A DNA stretch of 63,923 nucleotides, filler included, from an uncultured Methanosarcinales archaeon (GCA_964645415.1; 4 parts of 4 records of this genome joined end to end with filler, not necessarily neighbours in it), one strand, 5' to 3'; numbered from the whole stretch's first letter, positions 1 through 10,672 are shown. Program-made: numbers and translations. Notes: generated by a model not told the origin, from the letters alone.

Positions 1-463
1 CCAATACATCCCTATTTTTTATGTGAGCTAATTCATGAGCAATTACTGCTTCGATTTCACTTTTTTCTAACCTATCAATTAACCCTTTTGTTACAGCTAC
101 AACACCATGTTCAGGATTTCGTCCTGTAGCAAAAGCATTTGGTTGATCTTCATTGATAATGTAAACTTTTGGCTTTGGTAAACCCTCAGATATAGCTAAG
201 TTTTCTACAATATTATGTATCTCAGGATAGTCTTTAACAGAAGCTTCTTTTGCATTACTCATAGCAAGAACAATTTTATCAGACTTCCAATATGAAATGA
301 ATGATGAAATTACTGCAAAACCTACAGCAATATATAAAATTAACATATCACCAAAAGCAAAAGATAAAGCCCAACCTACAATTATCAAAAATAAAGAAAA
401 AAAAGAAAGTAAAAACCAAGTTTTCATACTATTTTTTCTTGCTTCATTATAGAATGTTCCCAT
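1..463 (-). CDS. htpX: HtpX family M48 zinc metalloprotease (runs off window edge)
   Basis: Manual translation from ATG at 463: MGTFYNEARKNSMKTWFLL...PNAFATGRNPEHGVVAVTKGL...EAVIAHELAHIKNRD (HExxH). Follows lemA, the usual pairing. Confidence 0.93.
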   Translation of the reverse strand, partial: MGTFYNEARKNSMKTWFLLSFFSLFLIIVGWALSFAFGDMLILYIAVGFAVISSFISYWKSDKIVLAMSNAKEASVKDYPEIHNIVENLAISEGLPKPKVYIINEDQPNAFATGRNPEHGVVAVTKGLIDRLEKSEIEAVIAHELAHIKNRDVL

Positions 464-470
464 TTTTTAA

Positions 471-1028
471 TTAAAAGTTAACTTCAACGTTCTCTCTTTC
501 TTTTTCACTTGCTTCAAAAAAGTCTCTTTTTTCAAAGTTAAACATATTTGCAATCATATTTGTTGGAAACTTCTCAATTTTAATATTCATTGATTTTGCA
601 TTTCTATTATAAAATCTTCTTGCTGCTTGAATTTTATTTTCTGTATCAGTAAGCTCTCTTTGAAGCTCTTTGAAATTTTCAGATGCTTTTAAATCAGGAT
701 AATTTTCAGAGACTGCAAATAAACTTTTTAATGTTCCTTTAAGATTATTTTCTGCTTTTTGAATCTCTTCAGGATTTCCTTTCTCTTTAGCTTGCATTGC
801 CTCAGATCTTGCTTTTGTTACTTTTTCAAAAACTCCTTTTTCATGTTTTGCATATCCTTTAACAGTATTAACTAAATTAGGAATTAAATCATGTCTTCTT
901 TTTAATTGTACATCAATATCAGACCAAGCTTCCTTAACCCTATTTTTATACTTTACTAAACTATTATACGCTAAAATGACATAAAATAATAGTAATACTA
1001 AAATCCCAATTAGAATATATGATATCAT
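471..1028 (-). CDS. lemA: LemA family protein
   Basis: N-terminal [31 protein letters not shown] and [12 protein letters not shown] motifs. Confidence 0.96.
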   Translation of the reverse strand: MISYILIGILVLLLFYVILAYNSLVKYKNRVKEAWSDIDVQLKRRHDLIPNLVNTVKGYAKHEKGVFEKVTKARSEAMQAKEKGNPEEIQKAENNLKGTLKSLFAVSENYPDLKASENFKELQRELTDTENKIQAARRFYNRNAKSMNIKIEKFPTNMIANMFNFEKRDFFEASEKERENVEVNF

Positions 1029-1079
1029 TTTATATATGGAATATAATTATAATTAATAAATATTATTAATTAAAATGAT

Positions 1080-1388
1080 CTAAACAGTTAAGCCACCTAA
1101 AAAAGCTCCAAAAATGAGTGAAAAAGATTGTAAAATAACTACTACAAATACAGCACTTCCTAAAAATAAACCAAAAGATGGAGAAACTAAACTAAAAATC
1201 AAACCAACGATTAATCCTAAAATCAATGAAGGAAAGATTGCAGCTAAAAGACTATTTTTTAAACTACCTGACTTTCTACCCCCTATAAATCCAGCAATAA
1301 AAGGACCTAAAGGTAACCAAAATAAGATGATTGATAAAAAAATCATCCAACCTATTCCACTTCCTATACTTCTTTTAGATTTATTCAT
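1080..1388 (-). CDS. Small Gly-rich integral membrane protein (DUF5518-like)
   Basis: Three hydrophobic helices with GPFIAGFIGG and GAFLGG patterns. Confidence 0.6.
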   Translation of the reverse strand: MNKSKRSIGSGIGWMIFLSIILFWLPLGPFIAGFIGGRKSGSLKNSLLAAIFPSLILGLIVGLIFSLVSPSFGLFLGSAVFVVVILQSFSLIFGAFLGGLTV

Positions 1389-1425
1389 TATATAAAAGAA
1401 AGAGAAAATGATTTATAAAATATCT

Positions 1426-1974
1426 TTAAAATTTGTAATTAAATTTTTCAATCCAACTATTAAAAATGTCAACTTTGTTTTTTCCAAACTTTAAAAGACC
1501 TTTTCTAATTTCAGAAATTGATTCTTCTTGAGATAAATCCTCATTACTTTTTGAAAAAAACTTATCTGCAAAACACACTATTTCTTCTTCAATTGTCTTT
1601 GGAACCATGTCTCTTTTAGGAAGAGGGAGATTATTTTCAATAATATCTTTTTTAGTAATTCCTACACCAACATGTCTTTCACAAACTAAAGCATGTTTAT
1701 TAAAACCCTCATTTTCTAACATTTTTCTTCCTAATACACCATGACATAAATAAGGTTTATCTCCATTACAGTCAATTTCATTAGCATTTGTAAATAGAAT
1801 TCCAATATCATGAAGAAGTGAAGCTTCTTTTATAAAATCGATATCTACATCATAATCAATATTTTTTGAAATTGAAACAGCTTTTTTCATTACTGATTTA
1901 CTATGTTCTACCAAAAAATAGTAGGATTTAGAATTTTTTTGATAATATTTTTCTATTATTTTATATGGGTTCAT
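1426..1974 (-). CDS. HDIG-type HD-domain metal-dependent phosphohydrolase
   Basis: HS...LLHDIG...HG...ERHVGVG...ADKF motifs. Confidence 0.9.
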   Translation of the reverse strand: MNPYKIIEKYYQKNSKSYYFLVEHSKSVMKKAVSISKNIDYDVDIDFIKEASLLHDIGILFTNANEIDCNGDKPYLCHGVLGRKMLENEGFNKHALVCERHVGVGITKKDIIENNLPLPKRDMVPKTIEEEIVCFADKFFSKSNEDLSQEESISEIRKGLLKFGKNKVDIFNSWIEKFNYKF

Positions 1975-2016
1975 TATTTTATTTAAACTAATTAATTATT
2001 TAAAACTAACTAAGAT

Positions 2017-3270
2017 TTAATCTCTCCTTATTAAAAAATATACTAAAAATAACAAGACAATTCCAAAATAAATCCAAGACCAATTAAGATTTTGATTAAA
2101 TAAAAAAATCGATTTTGAAGCTTCAATTTGATAATGTAATGGAAGAAATTTTGAAAAAGATTGTATAAAAGAAGGCATTGTTTGAACAGGAAAAAATAAA
2201 CCAGACAAAAGCATTAAAGGAAAAGATATTATTAAAGAGATTAAAACAGCAACACCCTCATTTTCTGAGATTAAACCAATTAAAAGACCAATTAATGTAT
2301 TTATAATCGAGATAGAAAGAATTAATTTAAGCAATTCTGGAATATGAGAAAGACTAAGATTAATCGAAATACCAAATAAAAAGAATATAGCAAGTAATGA
2401 GATTAATACGATTGAAGTTAAAAGATAAAAGAAAAATAACTTAGATATCAAATAAACGATTGGTGATGTTGAAGTTTTAACTTTAGTAATAAAACCATTC
2501 TTCTTATCATAAATTAAAGAAGTAGAAGCTAACATTAAAACTAAAAATAAAGAGATAATTGGAAAAAGGAAAGATAGTGAAATAAACTCTATTTTCCCCA
2601 TATCATAAATACCTTCTCTTCTTGTTACAATTGGATCTACTAAAAAATCAGTATCTAATTCTTCAACTTTTTTTAAATCCGAATCAACATCTAAGATACG
2701 ATCATAAATAGCAGAAATATCTGATGAAAGATCTAAAGCAACTGAGATACTATCTCTTGTAACACTAACTCTTGATTTCAATTCTTGATTAAATTGATCA
2801 ATTATTTCTTTTTTAAAAGGTCTTAATGATTGATCAATACTCCATGAAACAAAATTAGAAAATGCAATATCAGTATTATCATAAACAACAGTTAAACTTG
2901 CTTGTTTCAAATCATCTATGTTTTTAGAAAAATCCTCTCCAATTATCAAACCTAAAGGATATTTTCCTTCTTCAATGTTATCATATAATTTATCTTCACA
3001 ATCTGTTCTGTCAATAAAATTTGTATTAAAACCATCAATATCCGAAAAAACATCTTTAATAATTTCTGATTCATCAAGATTACATATCCCTACATCTATT
3101 TCTGAGGTCGATGGAGATAAAAGTATTAAGAAAATAATTGCAATCAAAACAGGAAATAATAAGAACATGTAAAGATATTTTTTTCTCCGATAAAATAACA
3201 TTAAATCTTTTTTTAAATATCCATAAAATTTTCTAATTAATCCTAAAAATTGTTTAAATTTTTTTATCAT
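2017..3270 (-). CDS. ABC-2 type transporter permease
   Basis: N-terminal TM, extracellular loop, five C-terminal TMs with LSGLFFPVQTMP; adjacent to an ABC ATPase. Confidence 0.88.
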   Translation of the reverse strand: MIKKFKQFLGLIRKFYGYLKKDLMLFYRRKKYLYMFLLFPVLIAIIFLILLSPSTSEIDVGICNLDESEIIKDVFSDIDGFNTNFIDRTDCEDKLYDNIEEGKYPLGLIIGEDFSKNIDDLKQASLTVVYDNTDIAFSNFVSWSIDQSLRPFKKEIIDQFNQELKSRVSVTRDSISVALDLSSDISAIYDRILDVDSDLKKVEELDTDFLVDPIVTRREGIYDMGKIEFISLSFLFPIISLFLVLMLASTSLIYDKKNGFITKVKTSTSPIVYLISKLFFFYLLTSIVLISLLAIFFLFGISINLSLSHIPELLKLILSISIINTLIGLLIGLISENEGVAVLISLIISFPLMLLSGLFFPVQTMPSFIQSFSKFLPLHYQIEASKSIFLFNQNLNWSWIYFGIVLLFLVYFLIRRD

Positions 3271-3279
3271 CTTTTTAAT

Positions 3280-4236
3280 TTATGTTTTTAAAAAAATCTC
3301 ATCAAGATTTGGTTCTCTAAAACTAATAACATTAGATTTTAATCCTATTGTTTTAAATTTTCGATCTAATTTCTTTCTTTTCTTCTCAGAAGGTAAAGAA
3401 AACATAATATATTTTTCATATTTCTCTAATATTTGAATTTCTTCATAGATACAAAACTTTTTTAGTTTTTTCCACTTTTCTTTTGCAAGCCATGAAAATC
3501 TTACTTCATAAATATGATTAATTTTTAACTTTTTCTTTAAACTATCTAGTTTTCCGTTAAAAAATATTTTTCCATCTTTTAAAATAATTATCCTATCAAC
3601 ATGTTCTTGAATTTCAGCAAGTAAATGTGATGTTAAAATAATTGTTTTTCCATCAGAATTCAATTTTTCTAAAAAATGCCAAAGTAGTCTTCTATTCCTA
3701 AAATCTAAACCAGTAAATGGTTCATCAAGTATGATTATTTGAGGGTCATGAAGAATAGATAGAATTATATTAAGTCTTGTTTTTTGTCCACCAGATAACT
3801 GGTCAGGTTTTTTATTTAGATCTACTTCTAATTTTAAAAGACCCATTAATTTATTTGCTCTATTTAAAGCATCTTTTTCAGTAATTCCTTCATTTAATCC
3901 AAATACTTTGATATTATCTTCTAAACTTAAATCAGGAATGAATGAATTTTCTTGAGTAATAAAACCAAAATATTCTTTACTTAACGACTTTGACTTACCA
4001 AATATTTTTATTTTCCCACCGTGTTTTCTTGAAATTACACCTGCAATTAATTTTAAAAAAGTACTTTTTCCACTCCCAGATTTACCTACAATTGCAGAAA
4101 TCTTTTTTTCTTTTATACATAAATTTATGTTCCTTAATACTTCTTCGTTTTTATAAGAAAATTTAACTTTCTTACTTGTAATAGGATGCTTTTTTTTATT
4201 TAGTTTCTTAAGTAATTTTTTAAGCTTTTTAATCAT
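3280..4236 (-). CDS. ABC transporter ATP-binding protein
   Basis: Walker A GKSGSGKST, signature LSGGQ, Walker B ILDEP, H-loop SH. Confidence 0.95.
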   Translation of the reverse strand: MIKKLKKLLKKLNKKKHPITSKKVKFSYKNEEVLRNINLCIKEKKISAIVGKSGSGKSTFLKLIAGVISRKHGGKIKIFGKSKSLSKEYFGFITQENSFIPDLSLEDNIKVFGLNEGITEKDALNRANKLMGLLKLEVDLNKKPDQLSGGQKTRLNIILSILHDPQIIILDEPFTGLDFRNRRLLWHFLEKLNSDGKTIILTSHLLAEIQEHVDRIIILKDGKIFFNGKLDSLKKKLKINHIYEVRFSWLAKEKWKKLKKFCIYEEIQILEKYEKYIMFSLPSEKKRKKLDRKFKTIGLKSNVISFREPNLDEIFLKT

Positions 4237-4353
4237 ATAATCATTAATTCAAAATATGTTATAAAGTTTTTGTGTTTTACTTAACTAGAATCAAGTTAAA
4301 ATAATAAAAGTTATTAAGAATGAAAAGTTCTCTTTAATATAAAAAAAATTAAA

Positions 4354-5868
4354 ATGAATATTGAAGAAGTTGAAATAGATAAAAGAAGTGAAGATGAAGT
4401 TTTAGATTTAATACTCGATGCTGTTAGTAGAAATAAACAAGTTCTTGTATTTGTAAACTCAAAAAGAAGTGCAGAAAAAGTAGCTGAAGATTGTGCAAAA
4501 GAATTACTCAAACAATATGATTATCCTAATTTAAAGAATAAAATATTAGAAGCACTAAATAAACCAACTAAGCAATGTAGGCGACTTGCTAAAATAATAA
4601 GAAGAGGATGTGCATTTCACCATTCTGGACTAGTTCCAAAACAAAGAAACATTATAGAAGATGCATATAAAAATGATAAAATAAAAGTTATTTGTGCAAC
4701 ACCAACACTTGCTCAAGGAGTAAATTTACCGGCATTTAGAGTAATAATTAGAGATATAAAAAGATATAGTGATAATGGAATGAGGTTTTTACCAACTTTT
4801 GAGTATCACCAAATGTCAGGGAGAGCTGGTAGAGGAGGAAAAGAAGATATTGGTGAAGCAGTAATTGTTTCAAAGAAAAATGATCCTGATAAATTATTTG
4901 AAAAATATTGCTTTGCAAGTGCTGAAGAGATATACTCTAAGCTTGCAGTTGAACCAACTTTAAGAAAATTCTTATTAAGTTTAATTGAAAGAGATATGAA
5001 TTCAAAAGAAGAAATTATGGATTTTTTTTCAGACACTTTTTATGCACATCAATTTAAAGATATAAATAAAATAGAAGAATTAATTGAAAAAATAATGAGT
5101 GAACTAATAGAGGCTAATTTTATTATAAAAACAAAAAATAAACTTAAACTGAGTCCTGTTGGAAAAAGAATAAATCAACTTTATATTGACCCATTTTCAG
5201 CAAAATACATAATAGAATCATTTGAAGAGCTAGATGGATTTAGAAAGTCAGAAAGAGTTATTTCTTTATTATATATTGCATCAAGAACTTATGAGATGAG
5301 GCCACTTCCAAGAGTTAGAAATAGTGAATGGCATGAAATTCAAGAATTTATTTATAAAAATGAAGAAATGTTGTTTGAGGAAATGGATGTTTATGATAAT
5401 GATTACGAAGAGAAAATGAAGGCAATTAAACAAACACAAATCTTTTTTGACTGGATTAATGAAAAGAAAGAAGAAGAAATGTTAGAAAAATTCAACTTAA
5501 GACCTGGACAATTATATTATAAAATAACTAATTTAGATTGGATTATATATGTGATGAGAGAGATTTCAAGAATTGTAAAAAACGATTTAACAAAAGAATT
5601 AGATGAATTAAGATTGAGAACAAAGTATGGAACAAAACAAGAACTTGTTGGATTATTAAAATTAAAAGGAATTGGAAAAATTAGAGCAAGAAAACTCTAT
5701 AATAATGGAATAAAAAAGTTTAGTGATTTTAAAGAAAAATCCAAAGTTGCTAGAAAAGTATTAGGAGATAAAATATATGAAAAGGTTTCAGGAAACAAAT
5801 TAAAAGAGTATAAATATAAAAACAAAGGAAAAACGAAAAAAAGACAATCAAAACTTTCAAATTTTTAA
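4354..5868 (+). CDS. hel308: Hel308/Ski2-like helicase, C-terminal part only (RecA2, WH, ratchet, HhH); RecA1 domain absent
   Basis: VLVFVNSKR (IV), AFHHSGL, ATPTLAQGVNLPA (V), QMSGRAGR (VI), KGIGKIRARKLY HhH. No Walker A or DEAH. Confidence 0.85.
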   Translation: MNIEEVEIDKRSEDEVLDLILDAVSRNKQVLVFVNSKRSAEKVAEDCAKELLKQYDYPNLKNKILEALNKPTKQCRRLAKIIRRGCAFHHSGLVPKQRNIIEDAYKNDKIKVICATPTLAQGVNLPAFRVIIRDIKRYSDNGMRFLPTFEYHQMSGRAGRGGKEDIGEAVIVSKKNDPDKLFEKYCFASAEEIYSKLAVEPTLRKFLLSLIERDMNSKEEIMDFFSDTFYAHQFKDINKIEELIEKIMSELIEANFIIKTKNKLKLSPVGKRINQLYIDPFSAKYIIESFEELDGFRKSERVISLLYIASRTYEMRPLPRVRNSEWHEIQEFIYKNEEMLFEEMDVYDNDYEEKMKAIKQTQIFFDWINEKKEEEMLEKFNLRPGQLYYKITNLDWIIYVMREISRIVKNDLTKELDELRLRTKYGTKQELVGLLKLKGIGKIRARKLYNNGIKKFSDFKEKSKVARKVLGDKIYEKVSGNKLKEYKYKNKGKTKKRQSKLSNF

Positions 5869-5919
5869 AAATATCTTATTTTACCTTAAATTTCTAAAAA
5901 AATTATTTTTCTATGAATT

Positions 5920-5992
5920 AGATGAAAAGCGAAGATAAATTATCGAAGATGTATTAGCGAAGACACACTTCTTTAGCATAAATACGAATACT
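5920..5992. repeat. Mosaic intergenic element copy R1
   Basis: CGAAG at 5930, 5944 and 5958 (14-bp period), then ctttagcataaatacgaatac, a variant of 63346-63365. Confidence 0.65.
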
Positions 5993-6118
5993 AAATTAAA
6001 AAAAGAGATCATTAAGATTAAAAGAAAAGAAAATAAAATTCTATGAAAATAAACTAAAAATCATTAAAAATAGATAGTTTTAAAAAAACCCAATAATCTC
6101 CAACAAGTCGGTGAAAAA

Positions 6119-6661
6119 ATGATTTATAGAATAATATATATTTTTTTGATGGGAGTTATTATTAAAAGTATAAGTACGATACGTTTTATTTCAGAAGTTA
6201 AAGGTTATAAGTTTCTTAGTATGTTTTTAATTTCTGTTGATACAATACTTTTTATCTTGATATTTAATGATATATTGTCACAAGAACTTTCAGCACCTAT
6301 TATTGCATCATTAATTGCAGGATATTTAACAGGATATAATATTGGAACTTTTATTGAAGATAAAATTGCTCTCGGTAAAGTAACAGTGAATATAAAAATA
6401 AGAGAAAGTGATTCTGAAAAGTTAAAAGAGAAATTAAAAAAGAATGGATTTATCTTCGTAGAATCTGAATATAATTACTCACATAAAGGAAAAAAGAGAT
6501 GTATATATCAAGGAATTTTACTTAGAAAAGAATTACCAAAACTTAAGAAGGTTCTAAGTGAATTAGATGTTATTGCAACAGTACAAGAAGTTAAAGAAGT
6601 TTGTGGTAAAACAGTTATTCCTTCAAAGAAATATCTGAGATATCAAAACAGAAGTGATTAG
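6119..6661 (+). CDS. DUF2179/DUF5698 (YebE-like) membrane protein
   Basis: Three N-terminal TMs, STIRFI..VKG, GYLTGYNIGTFIEDKIALG, soluble C-terminal domain. Confidence 0.7.
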   Translation: MIYRIIYIFLMGVIIKSISTIRFISEVKGYKFLSMFLISVDTILFILIFNDILSQELSAPIIASLIAGYLTGYNIGTFIEDKIALGKVTVNIKIRESDSEKLKEKLKKNGFIFVESEYNYSHKGKKRCIYQGILLRKELPKLKKVLSELDVIATVQEVKEVCGKTVIPSKKYLRYQNRSD

Positions 6662-6676
6662 AAATGTTAGTGAAAA

Positions 6677-6705
6677 GTTTGATATTCGAACAATAAATTT
6701 ATATA
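6677..6705 (+). promoter_or_regulatory. Putative Lrp-type operator (GTTTGATATTCGAAC) plus TATA box of the peroxiredoxin gene
   Basis: 15-bp imperfect palindrome at 6677-6691, 6 nt upstream of TTTATATA at 6698-6705; 14/15 identical to the site upstream of rubrerythrin. Confidence 0.6.
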
Positions 6706-6725
6706 AATCAAAACATATTATTTGA

Positions 6726-7394
6726 ATGGTGAATAAAATGGAAAATAATATGCCACTCATCGGGGAAAAAATGCCAGAAATGGAAGTAAAAACTACAAAA
6801 GGAATGAAAAATTTACCAAAAGACTACAAAGGAAAATGGTATGTTTTATTTAGTCATCCAGGGGATTTTACACCTGTATGTACAACAGAATTTGTAGCTT
6901 TCCAAAAAAGGTATGACCAGTTTAGAGAATTAAATACAGAATTAATTGGTTTGAGTATTGATCAAGTATTCAGTCATATGAAATGGGTTGAATCTATTGA
7001 AGAACATTTTGATGAAGAAATTGAGTTCCCTATTATTGCAGACGACATGGGAAAAGTTTCAAAGAAATTAGGAATGATTCATCCTGCAAAAGGAACAAAC
7101 ACAGTAAGAGCAGTATTTATAGTTGATGATGAAGGAAAATTAAGAGCTACAATTTATTATCCACAAGAAGTTGGCAGAAATGTTGATGAAATACTGAGAA
7201 CTGTAAAAGCTTTACAGACAAGTGATGAGAAAAAAGTAGCAATGCCACATAATTGGCCAAAAAATGAATTATTAGATGATAAAGTTATAATTGAACCAGC
7301 ATCAAGTGATAAAGAAAAAGAAAAGAGATACAAATCAGTAAAAGATGGAGAAATTGAATGTAAAGATTGGTGGTTTTGTTATAAAGATCTTTAA
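6726..7394 (+). CDS. Peroxiredoxin (Prx6/TDXH archaeal type)
   Basis: [24 protein letters not shown] and C-terminal CKDWWFC. Confidence 0.95.
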   Translation: MVNKMENNMPLIGEKMPEMEVKTTKGMKNLPKDYKGKWYVLFSHPGDFTPVCTTEFVAFQKRYDQFRELNTELIGLSIDQVFSHMKWVESIEEHFDEEIEFPIIADDMGKVSKKLGMIHPAKGTNTVRAVFIVDDEGKLRATIYYPQEVGRNVDEILRTVKALQTSDEKKVAMPHNWPKNELLDDKVIIEPASSDKEKEKRYKSVKDGEIECKDWWFCYKDL

Positions 7395-7416
7395 TTGATT
7401 TTTATTTTTTATTTTT

Positions 7417-8673
7417 TTATTTTTTATTAAAATCTGATTCAAATAATGTCTTTTTTATAACTTCTACATCATCTTTTAGGTACTCAAAATCTTCTTTACT
7501 AACTAAAGAATCAGTTTTAGCTTCTATTTTTGAAAGTGATACAGTTAAATCTTTGACTGCTTCTTTATTACTCTCTGCAACATTATATGATTTTTTAATT
7601 TTAGAAAGACTTTCTTTTACATTTTGAACCATTACTTCAATTTTAGACTTAGCTTTTTCATTATCGATACTTAACTTTTCTACTCTTTTCTGAACTTTTT
7701 TCATTTTATCTAATTGATTAATAACATTTTCAAAACTTTTTATCCTTTTCATTAGTTTTATGAATTCAGAAATTTTATCTTTATTTAAGCTTGCTTGAGA
7801 CTCTAATTTTTCTAATTTACTATCTAAATTAAGTATTTTAGAATTTACATCATTAAATCTTTTATCTACGTTTTCTGGTTTAAAAGTATTTACTGTATAT
7901 TTAACTGTATTAAATTCGTCTTGAAGCTTATTAATCATCCTTTCTCTTCCCATAACTGTACTTCTTAACTCTCCAACTTTTTCATTAATTGTTTGTATTT
8001 GTTCATCAATATTTGTAGATTTTTCATTAATAATATCAATTTTACCACTTATTTTACCTTGTTCTACGTCTTGATCCTCAACTTGTTCAGAAATTTCTTT
8101 TATTTTTCTACTTAATTCTTTATTTGACATTACATCAAAGAAATCTTTATCATCTTCATCATCTTCACCCTCATCTTCGTCATCTTTATTAAATATTTTA
8201 GAAATAAAACCTTTTTTCTTTTCTTCTTGCTCAAGTTCTTTAAAATCATCTTGTGTAAAAACATTTTCATCTCTATCTATTCCTTCACCTTCTTCATCTC
8301 CTCCATCATCTTCATCTTCGTCATCATTGTTTTTCTCTTCTTTTTCCTTATTCTCTTCATCACTAATTTCTTTTTTATCCTCTTTCTTTTTTTTCTTTTC
8401 TTTATTATCAGATTTACTATCTTTTTTCTTTTTTGATTTTTCTTCTTTATCTTTACTTTTAGTTTCTTTATTTGATTTAGATTCTTTATTTTTATCTTTA
8501 TTTTGTTCAATAATTTTATTTAATATTTTAGTTGGTGATGCACCTCTATCTAATGCTTTTTGAAATGTATCAGCTTTTTGAGGATTAGAATCAATAATCT
8601 TTTTCAATATTTTTTCATCATCAAATCCGCCTTTACGGGCTTTTTCAATTGTTTTTTTTACAATTCCTGCCAT
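7417..8673 (-). CDS. Hypothetical protein: small helical N-domain, K/E/D-rich linker, long coiled coil
   Basis: 418-aa ORF with heptad pattern in the C-terminal ~230 aa. Confidence 0.75.
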   Translation of the reverse strand: MAGIVKKTIEKARKGGFDDEKILKKIIDSNPQKADTFQKALDRGASPTKILNKIIEQNKDKNKESKSNKETKSKDKEEKSKKKKDSKSDNKEKKKKKEDKKEISDEENKEKEEKNNDDEDEDDGGDEEGEGIDRDENVFTQDDFKELEQEEKKKGFISKIFNKDDEDEGEDDEDDKDFFDVMSNKELSRKIKEISEQVEDQDVEQGKISGKIDIINEKSTNIDEQIQTINEKVGELRSTVMGRERMINKLQDEFNTVKYTVNTFKPENVDKRFNDVNSKILNLDSKLEKLESQASLNKDKISEFIKLMKRIKSFENVINQLDKMKKVQKRVEKLSIDNEKAKSKIEVMVQNVKESLSKIKKSYNVAESNKEAVKDLTVSLSKIEAKTDSLVSKEDFEYLKDDVEVIKKTLFESDFNKK

Positions 8674-8678
8674 TTTTA

Positions 8679-10184
8679 TTATAATTCAAAATCTAAATCA
8701 GAAAGTTCAGAATCATCATCTTCTTCTTTTTCTTTTTTTGGTTTTTTATTTTTCTTTGAAATTGATTTACCAATATTTTTTAGTTTTTCAAGATCGTTTT
8801 TTATTTTTTTATTTTTATCTTCATTTTTCTTTTTCTCTTTACTATCTTTTTTATTTTTACTATCTTCATCATTGTTTTCTTTTTCATCCTCATCTTCATC
8901 ATCAATTTGAAATTCTAATTTACCTTTTAATTCATTTAAACCATCTTCAATATCTTTTAAATCTTCTCCTTTCTTTTCTTCTGATTTATCACTTTCTTTT
9001 TTCTTATCTGAGTTTTTATTTTTCTTCTTTTTATTTTCACTTTTTTTCTTTTCTTTTTTGGACTCTTCTTTTTCATCAGTGATCTTTTGTTTATCATTAC
9101 TTTCTTCTTTATCACTAACTTCTTTTAGTTCTTTCTTTCTTTTATTTACTGATTCTTTTAAGTCATCTAAATCTTTTTCTAAGTTAGAATTCTTTTCTTT
9201 GGTTTTTTCTTTGTTATTATCAGGTGTTTTTTCACTTTTATCTTCTTTGGTTTTTTCTTCTTTTTTACTATCGTTATCTTGACTTATACTATCTAATTTT
9301 TCTTTTATATTATCCTTTTCAATTTCATCTACATCTATGGTTGTTCCAAGTTTTTCACTTAATTTTTTAACCATCTCCTTTATTTCATTAATTTCTTCAT
9401 TTTCATTATTTTTATTAGCTGTTTTCTTATTTTTTTTGTTTGATTTTTTATTGTTTTTTTTGTTCTTATCTTTACTATCTTCTTTATTAGAATTATTTTC
9501 TTGGTTATCTTTTTCTTCACTTTCTTTCTTTTTCTCAGTAATCTCATCTAACTCTTCTCTTTTTAAATCAACTTTTTTAGTTAGATCTTTTAATTTTTCT
9601 TCAATTACTGATATTTCATTTTTTAATTTAATCTTTTTAGAATATAACTTTTCTTTTTTCATATCTTTTCTTTTACTAAGTAAATTCTCTAAATCACTCA
9701 TATCAGATTGAAGTTTTGATATAATTTCTTCTCTTTCTTTTAGGATTTCATCTCGCTTTTTTATCTCTTCTTTTAATATTTTTATTTTTTCATCTTTTTC
9801 TCTATCCTTTAGTTGAATATTTGATTGAGAAAAAGACCTCATTTTACTTTCATTAATAGGATAACTACAACGACGACAATAGTTTGATTCTTTATCTATA
9901 TTAGATTGACAATTAGGACATTCTATAAATGCATTTTGAACATTTTCTTTTTGATTGTTCATAGAAGGAATATTTTGTTCTCTATTTTTTTTAAATTCCT
10001 CTTTTGGACTATTATTACTATTTTTTATTTCATTACTTTTTGGAGAATTTTCTAAAAAGTGATTATAACTATCTATGAAAGACTTATAATCATACCCAGC
10101 TTCATAAATTCTTGCTATAAGAGAAGCGATAGGAAATTTATCTGCATTTTCTTCTAGATATTCTACAATCTCGTGCTCTATCAT
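8679..10184 (-). CDS. Zinc-ribbon and coiled-coil/low-complexity protein
   Basis: CPNC...CRRC ribbon and long K/E/D/N-rich region; paralog of 10265-10672. Confidence 0.75.
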   Translation of the reverse strand: MIEHEIVEYLEENADKFPIASLIARIYEAGYDYKSFIDSYNHFLENSPKSNEIKNSNNSPKEEFKKNREQNIPSMNNQKENVQNAFIECPNCQSNIDKESNYCRRCSYPINESKMRSFSQSNIQLKDREKDEKIKILKEEIKKRDEILKEREEIISKLQSDMSDLENLLSKRKDMKKEKLYSKKIKLKNEISVIEEKLKDLTKKVDLKREELDEITEKKKESEEKDNQENNSNKEDSKDKNKKNNKKSNKKNKKTANKNNENEEINEIKEMVKKLSEKLGTTIDVDEIEKDNIKEKLDSISQDNDSKKEEKTKEDKSEKTPDNNKEKTKEKNSNLEKDLDDLKESVNKRKKELKEVSDKEESNDKQKITDEKEESKKEKKKSENKKKKNKNSDKKKESDKSEEKKGEDLKDIEDGLNELKGKLEFQIDDEDEDEKENNDEDSKNKKDSKEKKKNEDKNKKIKNDLEKLKNIGKSISKKNKKPKKEKEEDDDSELSDLDFEL

Positions 10185-10264
10185 ACCTTATTTTAGAAAA
10201 AATTTTCTTAAAAAGTTTTGTTTTCATTACTGAAATGTTACATTAGTTTATTTTTTACCAGTAG

Positions 10265-10672
10265 TTAATTTTTAGAGATTTTACCTATGTTTTTCAACTT
10301 TTGAAGGTCCTTTTCAATGTTTTTTTTATTTTTTTTTATATTTTTCAACTTATTACCACAATAAGGACATAAATTATAGTTCCTTTTTACTTTATTATTA
10401 CAATTAGGACATTTTATAGAATTATTATTTCTATCATTTTTTATTTTTTTATTTAAATTATTTTTTAGTTTTTTTGATTTATTTTTGGTAGTATTTTTTT
10501 GTTTCTTTACTTTTATATTTTCTTTCTCTTTTTTTTGCTTTAAAAAATATTTATAACTTTCAATAAAAGAACTATAATCATATCCTGCTTCATAAATTCT
10601 CATAACAATAGAAGATAATGGATAATTATCAATATTTTTTTCTAGATATTCTACAATCTCTTTTTTAATCAT
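10265..10672 (-). CDS. Zinc-ribbon protein, short paralog of 8679-10184
   Basis: Shares EIVEYLE...RIYEAGYDY.SFI.SY..FL, a CPNC...CPYC ribbon and DL.KLKNIGK. Confidence 0.75.
   Translation of the reverse strand: MIKKEIVEYLEKNIDNYPLSSIVMRIYEAGYDYSSFIESYKYFLKQKKEKENIKVKKQKNTTKNKSKKLKNNLNKKIKNDRNNNSIKCPNCNNKVKRNYNLCPYCGNKLKNIKKNKKNIEKDLQKLKNIGKISKN

Noticed and set aside
8227..9711. Phe/Ser/Leu-rich plus-strand ORFs
   Set aside because: Antisense shadows of K/E-rich genes; the same applies to other short antisense ORFs in the track.
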